Origin: Candidatus Latescibacterota bacterium
GTDB lineage: Bacteria; Latescibacterota; UBA2968; GCA-2709665
NCBI GenBank assembly: GCA_963667175.2
Contig: CAXXXF010000007.1
Coordinates: 128,001-192,000, forward strand
Direction of reading: 5' to 3'
DNA length: 64,000 nt
A program made the position numbers and the translations under genes. The notes below the pieces were generated by a model. That model was given only the letters and a program-made list of their open reading frames with translations, had not been told where the DNA came from and searched no databases. Below are positions 19,907-29,520 of the stretch, one piece after another; within the stretch, counting starts at the first letter, position 1; the number at the start of each line of letters is the position of its first letter.

Positions 19907-20995
19907 ATGTTCGGTCAACTGTCAGACGTGGAAAGACGTTTCGAAGAGATCCGTGCGGAAATGGCGCGGCCCGACGTGGCTGCCGATCCCGATAGATTCA
20001 GGGAACTCACGATGGCGTTTCGCGGTCTGGAAGAAATCGTCAACACCTATCGCGAATACCGGCAAGTCGCGGCGAACCTGGCGGAAGCGGGAGAAATCAT
20101 CCGGGACTCGAACGACGCCGAGCTTGTTGAAATCGCCCGGGAGGAACACGCCGAACTCGAGCGCGATGAAGCCAGACTCGCCGGGAGACTTCAATTCCTC
20201 CTGATCCCCAGAGACCCCAACGACAGCAAAAACACAATCGTGGAGATCCGTGCGGGCGCCGGGGGCGACGAGGCGGCCCTGTTTGCCGCCGATCTGTACA
20301 GGATGTACGCCCGCTACTCCGAATCGAAGGGATGGCGCGCCGAACTCCTCAATGCCAACCCGACGGGCATCGGCGGGTTCAAGGAGGTCATCTTCTCGGT
20401 TGGTGGAAGCGACGTCTACGGCAATCTGAAGTACGAAAGCGGCGTCCACCGGGTGCAGCGGATTCCCGAGACCGAATCCAGCGGTCGCATTCACACGTCC
20501 ACTTCCACGGTTGCTGTCCTGCCGGAGGCGGAAGAAGTGGATATCGCAATCAAACCGGAAGAGATACGCGTTGACGTCTACCGTTCCTCGGGGCCGGGAG
20601 GCCAGAGCGTCAATACGACAGATTCCGCCGTCCGAATTACGCACCTGCCCACCGGCCTGATCGTACAATGCCAGGATGAGAAGTCCCAGCACAAGAACAA
20701 GGCCAAAGCGATCAAGGTTCTCCGCGCCCGGCTCCTGGACCGCGCCGTGCAGGAGCAACGGGACACAACGTCGCGAAACCGGCGGGCTCAGGTGGGCACG
20801 GGGGACCGAAGCGCTAAGATTCGCACCTACAATTTTCCCCAGGGCCGGGTCACCGACCACCGGATCAAACTGACGTTGCACAAGCTCGAAGAGACGCTCG
20901 GGGGCGACCTGGACGAACTCATCAACGCCCTGCGCCTGGCCGACCATACCGAAAAAATCAAAGACATCGAACAGAAGCCCGCCATTTCCGCCTGA
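19907..20995 (+). CDS. prfA: Peptide chain release factor 1
   Basis: GGQ motif, PET tripeptide, RTYNFPQGRVTDHR. Confidence 0.98.
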   Translation: MFGQLSDVERRFEEIRAEMARPDVAADPDRFRELTMAFRGLEEIVNTYREYRQVAANLAEAGEIIRDSNDAELVEIAREEHAELERDEARLAGRLQFLLIPRDPNDSKNTIVEIRAGAGGDEAALFAADLYRMYARYSESKGWRAELLNANPTGIGGFKEVIFSVGGSDVYGNLKYESGVHRVQRIPETESSGRIHTSTSTVAVLPEAEEVDIAIKPEEIRVDVYRSSGPGGQSVNTTDSAVRITHLPTGLIVQCQDEKSQHKNKAKAIKVLRARLLDRAVQEQRDTTSRNRRAQVGTGDRSAKIRTYNFPQGRVTDHRIKLTLHKLEETLGGDLDELINALRLADHTEKIKDIEQKPAISA

Positions 20996-21906
20996 TGCCG
21001 ACCCGGTCCGGGGGCTTCGACGGGAAGAACATGATCGGACGTTTCACTCCGCCTACCGTCTCCGACGTCCTCGCCAGCGTGGAGCGCAGCCTCGCGGAGG
21101 CCGGTGTGCCGGATCCTCGCGCGGACGCCGAGTGGCTGCTTGCCGCGGTTCTGAAGACCGGGCGTTCCGGCATCTATACGAATGCGCGTGCCCGGCTAAC
21201 GCCGGGGCAGCATACACGCCTTCAAGACCATGTTCGTCGACGGCGCCTGCGTGTGCCGCTTCAGCACCTGCTGGGCGAGACCGAATTCTTCTCCCTGCCG
21301 TTCCACGTCGGCCCCGACGCGCTCATTCCCCGGCCCGAAACCGAGATTCTGGTAGAAACGCTTGTCGACTGCCTGGATGCCGACACCGGAGCACGTATTC
21401 TGGATATCGGCGCCGGCGCCGGTCCCATCGCCGTCGCGCTTGCGCATGCGCTTCCCAAGAGCCGTCTGATCGCAACCGACGTTTCTCCAAAAGCCCTTCG
21501 GCTGGCGGCCCGCAATGCCTGTCGCAACGATGTGCTGCAACGGGTCGCCTTCGTCTGTGCAGACCTCCTTACCGCGTTCCGAACCCGCGCCGTATTCCAC
21601 GCGATTGTCTCGAACCCACCTTACGTCGCATCCCGCGACCTGCGGGCGCTTCAGCCCGAAGTCCGATGCTTCGACCCGCCGCTCGCACTGGATGGCGGCC
21701 CGGACGGGCTGGCCTTCCACCGCTCGATCGTCGCGCGGGCGCCGGCGCTCCTCTACAACGGCGGCTGGCTGGCTCTCGAAGTGGCCGACGGCGCCGCTGC
21801 CGACGTGGCGCAATTGCTGGCGGATGCCCCCGGACTCAGCCATGAACGGACTGTCCCGGACCTGACGGGAACAGAACGCGTCCTGCTGGCGAGAAAACGC
21901 ACGTAG
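20995..21906 (+). CDS. prmC: Release factor glutamine methyltransferase
   Basis: LIPRPETE, LDIGAGAG, SNPPY, ALDGGPDGL; follows prfA with a TGATG overlap. Confidence 0.95.
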   Translation: MPTRSGGFDGKNMIGRFTPPTVSDVLASVERSLAEAGVPDPRADAEWLLAAVLKTGRSGIYTNARARLTPGQHTRLQDHVRRRRLRVPLQHLLGETEFFSLPFHVGPDALIPRPETEILVETLVDCLDADTGARILDIGAGAGPIAVALAHALPKSRLIATDVSPKALRLAARNACRNDVLQRVAFVCADLLTAFRTRAVFHAIVSNPPYVASRDLRALQPEVRCFDPPLALDGGPDGLAFHRSIVARAPALLYNGGWLALEVADGAAADVAQLLADAPGLSHERTVPDLTGTERVLLARKRT

Positions 21907-21934
21907 CGGACACCCCTCCCTCCAACACATCTCC

Positions 21935-21963
21935 TTGACCCCCAAATTGCCGGTCGCTATATT
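21935..21963 (+). promoter_or_regulatory. Sigma-70-type promoter of the heparinase-like gene
   Basis: TTGACC-N17-TATATT. Confidence 0.55.
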
Positions 21964-22053
21964 AGCGCAGGAAACCGCGAAAAAACAGGCCTCGAGACCA
22001 TGTGCTGGCGGCGACCCGGGGCACCTGCCCGGTCCCGGATCTCAGGAGCATTG

Positions 22054-23925
22054 ATGACCGTTCCCGACGTCGATCGTCTCATTCCCGAAACGCTGGAACG
22101 TCCGTACCTCTACTTCTCCGGCTCCGACCTGGAACGCATTCGGGAGTTCTGCCTGGACGGCTCCCACGCGGAGGTTTACACACAGACGCGCAAGCGACTC
22201 GACGCCCGACTGGATCAACCGTTCCCGACGCCGCCTCCCAGAGAGGAAAGCTACCGGAACGGCGTCTGGGAATCGTACAGCCGGCTGTCCGCCGAGGCCC
22301 GGAACCTCCTGGAAGACTATGTACTGGCCTATACGGTCGACCGGAACCCGGCCTACTTCGAAAAGGCATGGGAAGGCCTCGCTTCAATCATGAGTTGGCC
22401 TTCGTGGGTCCACCCGGTCCACGAATTCATGCTTCTGGATCTGGACGGCAGCCATACCTGTGCGAGTTTCGCGGCCGCGTACGACCTGCTCTACGATGCG
22501 CTTTCCGAAAATCAGCGCCGCGAGCTCGAATTCATGATCTTCGCGCGTGGACTGGGCCATTGCATCGGGGGCATGCAACACCATTTCTGGGCGTCGAGAT
22601 ACGACAGCAACTGGTGTTCCGTGTGCGTCTCCAACATGGGTCTGTGCGCCATGGCCCTGCTCGACGCAAAGCACGTCCATCTTCGGACGGGAGTTCGCCC
22701 TCGTGAAGCCATGCTCGGCGTTGTTCGGGAGTGCGTCGAGCGCGTCACGAAATTTTACGACGCCATTGAGAACGACGGCTCCTGGAAAGAGGGTCCGGGA
22801 TACTGGAATTACGGCATCAGTACGTCCTTTCCCTTCTCCGACGCACTCAGGCGACTCACCCGCGGGCAGATCAACCTCTACGATCATCCCAAACTCCAAA
22901 ATACGGTCGACTTTCCCATCAACTGCTTTCTCCCGCCCGACCGCGTGGTCAATTTCGCCGACTGCGGCAAACACTTTCCCGCGGGAATGGCCTTCCGCAA
23001 ATTCGCGCTTGAATATGACCACCGTGCCGCGGCGCACTTCGACCGGCTCACAACCGATCGCCGGCCGTCCATCAAACTGGCGGAGCTTCTATGGGACGCG
23101 TCCGGGACCGTTCCGGAACTCCCCTCCCCTCCCCATCCGTCGGCCTACTTTCCCGATGCCGGCTGGTGCGTCATGCGAGGGTCATGGGAGGATCCCGACG
23201 CCCCGGTCCTGGCGTTGAAGATCGGCGCGACGGTCGAGCCCCACGGCCACGCCGACGTTGGAAACTACATAATCCACGCCGGCCAGAGAACCGTCGTGCG
23301 CGAACTGGGCATCGGGCGCTACGGGGACCCCGGCGAATGGATCTTCAAATCGACCCACGGTCACAATCTGCCGCTCTTCGACGGGCAGGGTCAACCCGAT
23401 GAACGACGCCTTGTCGGAACCGTGGAAACTGTTGAATTCACCGGTACGCACGATACGCTCAGGGCTTCCATCGCCCCGGCTTACGGCATCGACAAACTGC
23501 CGGTCTTTGTCCGTCATTACGTCTTCCTGCGACCCGTGCACTTTATCGTCATCGACGAGATCGAAGTGACGGACACGACACGAATGGAATCCCGAATTCA
23601 CGTTTCCGGGACGGCACAGGTCTCGGGTTCGTCGGCCATGATCGCGGCGGCAGAACCTGTAGTGAACGCCCGGCTGCTGACCCCGTCGGGCGCCGTGTTC
23701 GCCACGGGTAGACACAAGGACCTGAAACCCGGGCACGGCGACGCCGAGAGTCTGGAAGTCGAATATCTCAAAATCGAGACCGAACTGAAGCCCGGACGCG
23801 CCAGGTTCGCCGTCGCCTTCGGCATTGACTGTGATACGGCAGACGTGGCGTTGCGATACGCCGACGGCCACATCACCGTCTCCAGCCCGAACCACGCACT
23901 CAGCCTCGTCTCGGCACTGGTCTAA
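22054..23925 (+). CDS. Heparinase II/III-like polysaccharide lyase
   Basis: SNWCSVC, DGSWKEGPGYWNY, NFADC, HGHADVGNY, STHGHN; AGGAG RBS; no signal peptide. Confidence 0.82.
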   Translation: MTVPDVDRLIPETLERPYLYFSGSDLERIREFCLDGSHAEVYTQTRKRLDARLDQPFPTPPPREESYRNGVWESYSRLSAEARNLLEDYVLAYTVDRNPAYFEKAWEGLASIMSWPSWVHPVHEFMLLDLDGSHTCASFAAAYDLLYDALSENQRRELEFMIFARGLGHCIGGMQHHFWASRYDSNWCSVCVSNMGLCAMALLDAKHVHLRTGVRPREAMLGVVRECVERVTKFYDAIENDGSWKEGPGYWNYGISTSFPFSDALRRLTRGQINLYDHPKLQNTVDFPINCFLPPDRVVNFADCGKHFPAGMAFRKFALEYDHRAAAHFDRLTTDRRPSIKLAELLWDASGTVPELPSPPHPSAYFPDAGWCVMRGSWEDPDAPVLALKIGATVEPHGHADVGNYIIHAGQRTVVRELGIGRYGDPGEWIFKSTHGHNLPLFDGQGQPDERRLVGTVETVEFTGTHDTLRASIAPAYGIDKLPVFVRHYVFLRPVHFIVIDEIEVTDTTRMESRIHVSGTAQVSGSSAMIAAAEPVVNARLLTPSGAVFATGRHKDLKPGHGDAESLEVEYLKIETELKPGRARFAVAFGIDCDTADVALRYADGHITVSSPNHALSLVSALV

Positions 23926-23965
23926 CCGACGGCACACCCACAACGGTCTCACACCCATCCGGCCC

Positions 23966-24730
23966 ATGCGAATTACGACCTGGAACGTGAACGGCCTCCG
24001 CGCCGCACTCCGCAAGGGCTTTGCCCGGCACGTCCGACGAATCTCGCCGGACGTGCTCCTCCTCCAGGAAGTCCGCGCGCTCCCCGAGCAACTGCCCGGC
24101 CGGTGGATGAATCCGCGCGGCTGGCATGTCCACTGGCATCCCGCGGAACGCAAGGGGTATTCCGGGGTTGCGATCTGGTCCCGCCATCGGATCGAGGTCC
24201 TCGGCAAGGGGATCCATGAGTCCGATCCGGAAGGACGCATCCTTCAGGCACGGGTAAACGGTGTCCGGGTGGTCAACGTCTACCTTCCCTCGGGCTCATC
24301 CAGCGAAGACCGTCAGAAGATCAAGGAAGACCTCTGGATGGCCAGGTTTCTGCCCTGGTCGAGGCAATACGCGAAACGGGACGAGCCCGTGATTCTTGGC
24401 GGCGATTTCAACGTCGCTCACACGGAGAGAGACATTTTCTATGCGAAAGGGAACGAAAAAAACTCGGGATTCCTGCCCCACGAAAGGCAGTGGATGACCG
24501 ACCTGCTGGCCGAGGGTTGGAACGACTTTGTCCGGCAGCATTTCGGAGACGTCCAGGGGCCCTATTCCTGGTGGTCCAATCGCGGGAGGGCCCGCGAACT
24601 GGACAGGGGCTGGCGAATCGACTACCTGCTCGGCAATGCCGCGGTCGCCGGACGTTTCCGTAGCGCCGCCGTTCACCGCCGGTCCGGGCTGACCGTTTCG
24701 GACCATGCCCCCGTCAGTATCGATCTCTAA
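23966..24730 (+). CDS. xth: Exodeoxyribonuclease III / AP endonuclease
   Basis: TWNVNGLRA, LQE, GYSGVA, GDFNVAH, GWRIDY, SDHAP. Confidence 0.95.
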   Translation: MRITTWNVNGLRAALRKGFARHVRRISPDVLLLQEVRALPEQLPGRWMNPRGWHVHWHPAERKGYSGVAIWSRHRIEVLGKGIHESDPEGRILQARVNGVRVVNVYLPSGSSSEDRQKIKEDLWMARFLPWSRQYAKRDEPVILGGDFNVAHTERDIFYAKGNEKNSGFLPHERQWMTDLLAEGWNDFVRQHFGDVQGPYSWWSNRGRARELDRGWRIDYLLGNAAVAGRFRSAAVHRRSGLTVSDHAPVSIDL

Positions 24731-24793
24731 CGAATCCCGCGCAACACCCGTTCGGGTTCAGGCCCGCGGTCCACACGAAAAGGAGAGTCGCCC

Positions 24794-25540
24794 TTGACCA
24801 TCCGACCCAACCGAGTCAAACGAATACTCGCCGACGGCGGCATCGCCTGCGTTGCGGGCGGTCTGACACATCCCGACGACGTCGACGCCTTTGGCCCCGT
24901 CGGCTTCGACGGCGTCTGGCTGGAAGGAGAACACGGCCCCGTAAACGCGGCCGACCTCGGCAACCTCACGAGGGCCAGCGACATCTGGGGAATGACCTCG
25001 ATCGTCAGGGTCAACCGCAACGATCAGGCCCTGATATACCGCACCCTGGACCGGGGCGCGCAGGGCATCGTCGTACCCCACGTCAACACGGAGGCGGAGG
25101 CGCGCAACGTCGTCGACGGCGGCAAATTCGCGCCGGCAGGCAAACGCGGCCTCTTCACCAGCCGCCAGGGCTATGGCGTCCCCGGCTACCTGCGCGCCGC
25201 GAACGACGAGACCCTTCTCGTCGTGCTCATCGAGGATATCGCCGCGGTTCAAAACCTGGATGCCATCCTCGGGGTGGATCAGATTGACGTTTTCTTTGTC
25301 GCTCCTTCGGATCTGGCCGCCTCGATGGGCCATATCGGAAACAACGACCATCCCGACGTTCAGCGCACGGTCGACGAGACCCTGGCCCGGATCGGGGACG
25401 CGGGACGCACGCCTGGCGCCCTGACCGGAAATGATAACGTGGAGAAATACACGGGCCTCGGCGCACGCTTTCTATTGACCAATATCGGACCCTGGATCGC
25501 CGCCGGGGCGGCCGACTACCTGGGCCGGGCGCGCGGATAA
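24794..25540 (+). CDS. HpcH/HpaI aldolase family protein
   Basis: WLEGEHG, LDRGAQGIVVPHV, VLIED, FVAPSDL; AAGGAG RBS. Confidence 0.9.
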   Translation: MTIRPNRVKRILADGGIACVAGGLTHPDDVDAFGPVGFDGVWLEGEHGPVNAADLGNLTRASDIWGMTSIVRVNRNDQALIYRTLDRGAQGIVVPHVNTEAEARNVVDGGKFAPAGKRGLFTSRQGYGVPGYLRAANDETLLVVLIEDIAAVQNLDAILGVDQIDVFFVAPSDLAASMGHIGNNDHPDVQRTVDETLARIGDAGRTPGALTGNDNVEKYTGLGARFLLTNIGPWIAAGAADYLGRARG

Positions 25541-25653
25541 CGGGCTTCACGTCGACGGTGCGCCGCGAACCGGCTCACCCACCTGCCGAAACTCAGCAAT
25601 CCATCCGGGGCCGTACCCCGGAAGTTCGAAGTCAGACCCGAAGCGAGAGCGCT

Positions 25654-28389
25654 ATGGAGACCCATGCCCATCCAGTACGACACCCCAGGACCCTGTTCAA
25701 GTCACAGGATCTGGGAGTCGCCCGCGAAAACATCGAGCGCCACGCGTGGGCGCGGCGATTTCTGGAGAATCTCCTGGAGGCGGTGGCCACGGTTCGCCAC
25801 GTGACGGCGGACGATCTGAAGGATTGGATTCCCCGGGAAACGCCAAACAGCGAACTGTTTACCATGTGTCCCGCGTGCGAAGCGGCCCCGGTGCACGGAC
25901 ACTATGAATGGAAACCGGAGAATCCCGACCAGCTGGTCTGCACGACCTGCGGGACCGTCTACCCCAATTCGGACTTCCCCGAAGAGGTGGTATTCAGGAC
26001 CGACTTCGGCGGGGGTCAGGAAATCACGTACTACACGGGCCGGCACTGGGACCTCATCGGGTTTCCCTTTGTCTCGTCATGGACCGCCAATATCCGCGCC
26101 CGCAAATGCGAGTATATGGCGCGAATGGCGCGACAGTGCGCGCTGGCCTACGTCCTGACGCAGGAGGTCGGACACGCCGAAAACGCCAGGGATATCCTCC
26201 TGCGATTCGCCGAGGTCTATCCCGGCTATATGGTTCACTCCGGGTACGGCGAATTCTCGGACGCGCCGGCGGAGGTCGCCGCGAGAAATATCCTGGATCT
26301 GCCCAGGCCGGAACTGGTGGTGCCGCCAAACCGGCCGGACCGAAAACTGCACGTGGGGTACTGGATGGCCGGACGCGCGACGGGCGTGGGCATGGAGGGC
26401 ACGTTCGTCTCCGACGTCACCGTCGCCTACGACCTCACACGCGGCGCGAAGACCGACGGCCGACCCGTGTACACCCCGGTCGATTGCCGGAAGATTGAAC
26501 GCGACCTCCTGCTTGAAAGTACGATCCTGCTGCTCGCGGACCCGAACTTCAATAACAAGAGCGCGACCAACCGCTCTGCCGCGGGCCTTGTCGGCCTCTG
26601 TCTCGATGATCCGGACCTGGTCCGTTTTGGCCTGGACGGGTTCAATCATTTCGTCTACGACTGGTTCCTGGAAGACGGCATGAGTTCCGAATCGCCCGGG
26701 TACGGATTCATGACGCTCAACGGCATTCGGCATTTCGCCGACGCGGCGCATGGGTACTCCTTCCCCGCGGACGCCGCCTTGCCGGAAGGGCGCCGGCAGG
26801 AACTGGACGTCTACGGCGACAGCCGTTACAGGGCCGTGCTGGAGGGATACGTCGCCAGTCCCATGCCCGATCTGGGCTATGGCGTCATCGCCGACGACGT
26901 AACCGCGTGCAGGATGTCCGTCGATATCGCCGATATCATCGCCGCCCGATACGGGGGCGCGAACCACGTCGCCCTCCTCGCCGAGCTGTGCGAATTCGAT
27001 CTGGATAATCACGGCGGGGAGTACGCCCTGTTCCACCGCGCCCCGGACTTGAAAGCCGACCCGTCGGCGCCCCTCGTCCTGACCGACCGGTTCTTTCCCG
27101 CCCTGCGCATCGGCCTCCTGCGCACCGGCGAACGCGGACGCGCGAGTACCGCTCTTCTAAGCGCCTCGGATTGGGGTGGACATCACCACGAGGACAGTCT
27201 GAACCTTGTTTACTGGAAGGACGGGTACGAAGCCCTGACCGACCTCGGATACCTTTGGGACCGGCCCGACAAATTCAATACCGTTCGTTCCATCGCGCAC
27301 AACACCGTGATCGTTGACGAGCAGGACCAGAAACGCGACGGGCGGGGCGGCAGCTTGCACCTGTTTGACACCGGCGGACCCGTAAAGGTGGCCGAGGTCT
27401 CGTCCCGGGCTTACGACGTCGACACCTATCGCCGCCTGTGCGCCGTAATCGACCACGGCGCCGGGGACAGCTATCTGCTCGACTGCTTCAGCGTCAACGG
27501 CGGCCGTGTTCACGATTATCTGTTCCACGGGCCGGCGGCGGAAGGCACGCTCCGGAACCTGGAGCTTCAACCGACCGACGCCGCCTGGCACGATCTGGAG
27601 AACGTGACGGCCGCTCGGACAGACGCGCCGTGGTCCATCCACTTCGACCGGGACGGCCAGCGGTTCACCGCCTACGCGCTGCCGGATGGCAGGGAACAGG
27701 TGCTTGTCGGAAAGGGATGGGGCGAACGGGGCACCGGCTCACGCGAAAACGTCCGGACCGGGGAGACCGTTCCTTACGTCATCCGCCGCCGTACCGGCGC
27801 CCCCGCCGGCAGCGTCTATCTCGGCCTCTTCGACGTCAGTCCCCGTACCCGTCCGTTCGTAACCTCGGTGGAGCGCGTGACGTCCGGGACCCGCGATGCC
27901 GTGGGTGTCCGTGTTACACACGAATCGGGCACAGATCTCGTAGCGGTCTGCCGGGAGGGTCGAACCGCTGTTCTCGACTTCCCGGAAGGCACTCTCGAAT
28001 CGAATGGCCGCGTTTCCGTATTCTCCCTGGCGCACGACGGAAAACTGAGGTTCTCGTACCTTATCGGCGGCACGACGTCCAGACTGAACCTCCACGTGCT
28101 CGAACTGCGGGACCCGGTTCTGGGTGGCGCAATTTCGGACGTGATCACGGACAACGTCAACAGCCTGTACCGAATCGACCGGCCGCTGACCGAACGGGGT
28201 CTGGTCGGCGGCACGCTGCTGGTCCGGGGGGGACCCTATGACACGGGTTTTCCCATCCTTCACGTCGAATCGCACGACCGATCGGCACGCGTCTACACCA
28301 AACGCGACGGTGTCGGGTACGATGCCATACCCGCCAAGACGTGGGAGATCGTATCCGGCGTCAGTACCGAACATCCAGCTAATGATTGA
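25654..28389 (+). CDS. Large heparinase II/III-family protein with an N-terminal CxxC..CxxC module
   Basis: CPAC...CTTCGTVYPN; DGMSSESPGY, GHHHEDSLNL, DLGY, SIAHNTVIVD. Confidence 0.78.
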   Translation: METHAHPVRHPRTLFKSQDLGVARENIERHAWARRFLENLLEAVATVRHVTADDLKDWIPRETPNSELFTMCPACEAAPVHGHYEWKPENPDQLVCTTCGTVYPNSDFPEEVVFRTDFGGGQEITYYTGRHWDLIGFPFVSSWTANIRARKCEYMARMARQCALAYVLTQEVGHAENARDILLRFAEVYPGYMVHSGYGEFSDAPAEVAARNILDLPRPELVVPPNRPDRKLHVGYWMAGRATGVGMEGTFVSDVTVAYDLTRGAKTDGRPVYTPVDCRKIERDLLLESTILLLADPNFNNKSATNRSAAGLVGLCLDDPDLVRFGLDGFNHFVYDWFLEDGMSSESPGYGFMTLNGIRHFADAAHGYSFPADAALPEGRRQELDVYGDSRYRAVLEGYVASPMPDLGYGVIADDVTACRMSVDIADIIAARYGGANHVALLAELCEFDLDNHGGEYALFHRAPDLKADPSAPLVLTDRFFPALRIGLLRTGERGRASTALLSASDWGGHHHEDSLNLVYWKDGYEALTDLGYLWDRPDKFNTVRSIAHNTVIVDEQDQKRDGRGGSLHLFDTGGPVKVAEVSSRAYDVDTYRRLCAVIDHGAGDSYLLDCFSVNGGRVHDYLFHGPAAEGTLRNLELQPTDAAWHDLENVTAARTDAPWSIHFDRDGQRFTAYALPDGREQVLVGKGWGERGTGSRENVRTGETVPYVIRRRTGAPAGSVYLGLFDVSPRTRPFVTSVERVTSGTRDAVGVRVTHESGTDLVAVCREGRTAVLDFPEGTLESNGRVSVFSLAHDGKLRFSYLIGGTTSRLNLHVLELRDPVLGGAISDVITDNVNSLYRIDRPLTERGLVGGTLLVRGGPYDTGFPILHVESHDRSARVYTKRDGVGYDAIPAKTWEIVSGVSTEHPAND

Positions 28390-28414
28390 CAAATTCGGTC
28401 GATTTTGTTACGTT
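28386..28414 (+). promoter_or_regulatory. Promoter of polyprenyl synthase-secDF
   Basis: TTGACA-N17-TACGTT overlapping the upstream stop codon. Confidence 0.55.
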
Positions 28415-28492
28415 GAAAGGTCTTATCCCAATCTTGCAACGCCAGCATTCGAAGGTTGACTCCAGGCTCGCACACCGCCGTCTCTAAGCCCT

Positions 28493-29458
28493 ATGTTAGA
28501 CCAGATACTTCAGCCCATTCAGCCCCAGATCCGGCGTTTCGAAAGGCGATTCACGGAGACGCTGGCCTCCGACGTCAATCTGGTTCAGGCCATGGGCAGC
28601 CATATCCTGACGACGAAGGGCAAGATCATTCGTCCGGCCCTTTCTCTCCTTACCGCACAGGCCATCGGACGATGTTCGGACCGGGTGGTGGATGCCGCCG
28701 CCGGCATTGAAATCATTCACACGGCGACCCTGATCCACGATGACGTCATCGACCTTGCCGACAAACGCCGGGGCGCGGAGGTGCTCAACCTGAGATGGGG
28801 CAATAAAGCAGCCGTTCTGATGGGCGACTTCCTGCTGGCCAGGGCATTGCAACTCCTGGTCGGTCTCGATTCCATGGAGGTCATGCGAGCCGCCACACGC
28901 GCAGTCAGCCGGATGATCGAGGGTGAGATTCTGGAGGTGGAGAGCGGAAACGACGCTGAAGCGGCGCGCTATTTCAACATGATCGACAAGAAGACGGCAT
29001 CGCTCATGGCACTGGCCTGCGAGGTTGGCGCCATATTGGGGGGCGGCACCCCCGAGCAGGTCTCACGGATGTCCGCGTTTGGCAAGGAAGTGGGTATCGC
29101 CTTCCAGATCACCGACGACCTGCTGGACTTTATCGGGGACGAAGCGTCACTCGGAAAGCCGGTGGGCACAGACGTCCGTGAGAAAAAACTGACGTTGCCA
29201 CTGATTCGCGCTCTGGCCAATTGCCCCAACGGCGACGCCGAACAGATCCAGGCAAAAGTGCGCAACGGCATTGAAACCGATGCCGAACTCCAGGACGTCT
29301 TCCATTTCGTACGGCGTTACGACGGCATCGAAGCCGCCCGCCGGGAAGCGCGGCAGTACGCCTCCTCCGGCCTGAAGAGCCTGGCCGAACTGAATTCGTC
29401 GGACGCCAGAAATGCGCTGGAACTCGCCGTAAGACACGTGGTCGATCGACGTAAGTAG
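28493..29458 (+). CDS. Polyprenyl diphosphate synthase (IspB/HepT-like)
   Basis: GKIIRP, LIHDDVID..RRG, FQITDDLLD. Confidence 0.93.
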   Translation: MLDQILQPIQPQIRRFERRFTETLASDVNLVQAMGSHILTTKGKIIRPALSLLTAQAIGRCSDRVVDAAAGIEIIHTATLIHDDVIDLADKRRGAEVLNLRWGNKAAVLMGDFLLARALQLLVGLDSMEVMRAATRAVSRMIEGEILEVESGNDAEAARYFNMIDKKTASLMALACEVGAILGGGTPEQVSRMSAFGKEVGIAFQITDDLLDFIGDEASLGKPVGTDVREKKLTLPLIRALANCPNGDAEQIQAKVRNGIETDAELQDVFHFVRRYDGIEAARREARQYASSGLKSLAELNSSDARNALELAVRHVVDRRK

Positions 29459-29520
29459 GTCGACGCGACCCTATATCCAACTCCCGGATCCGTCGCGTTT
29501 ACAGGAGTCAAGACCATAAA

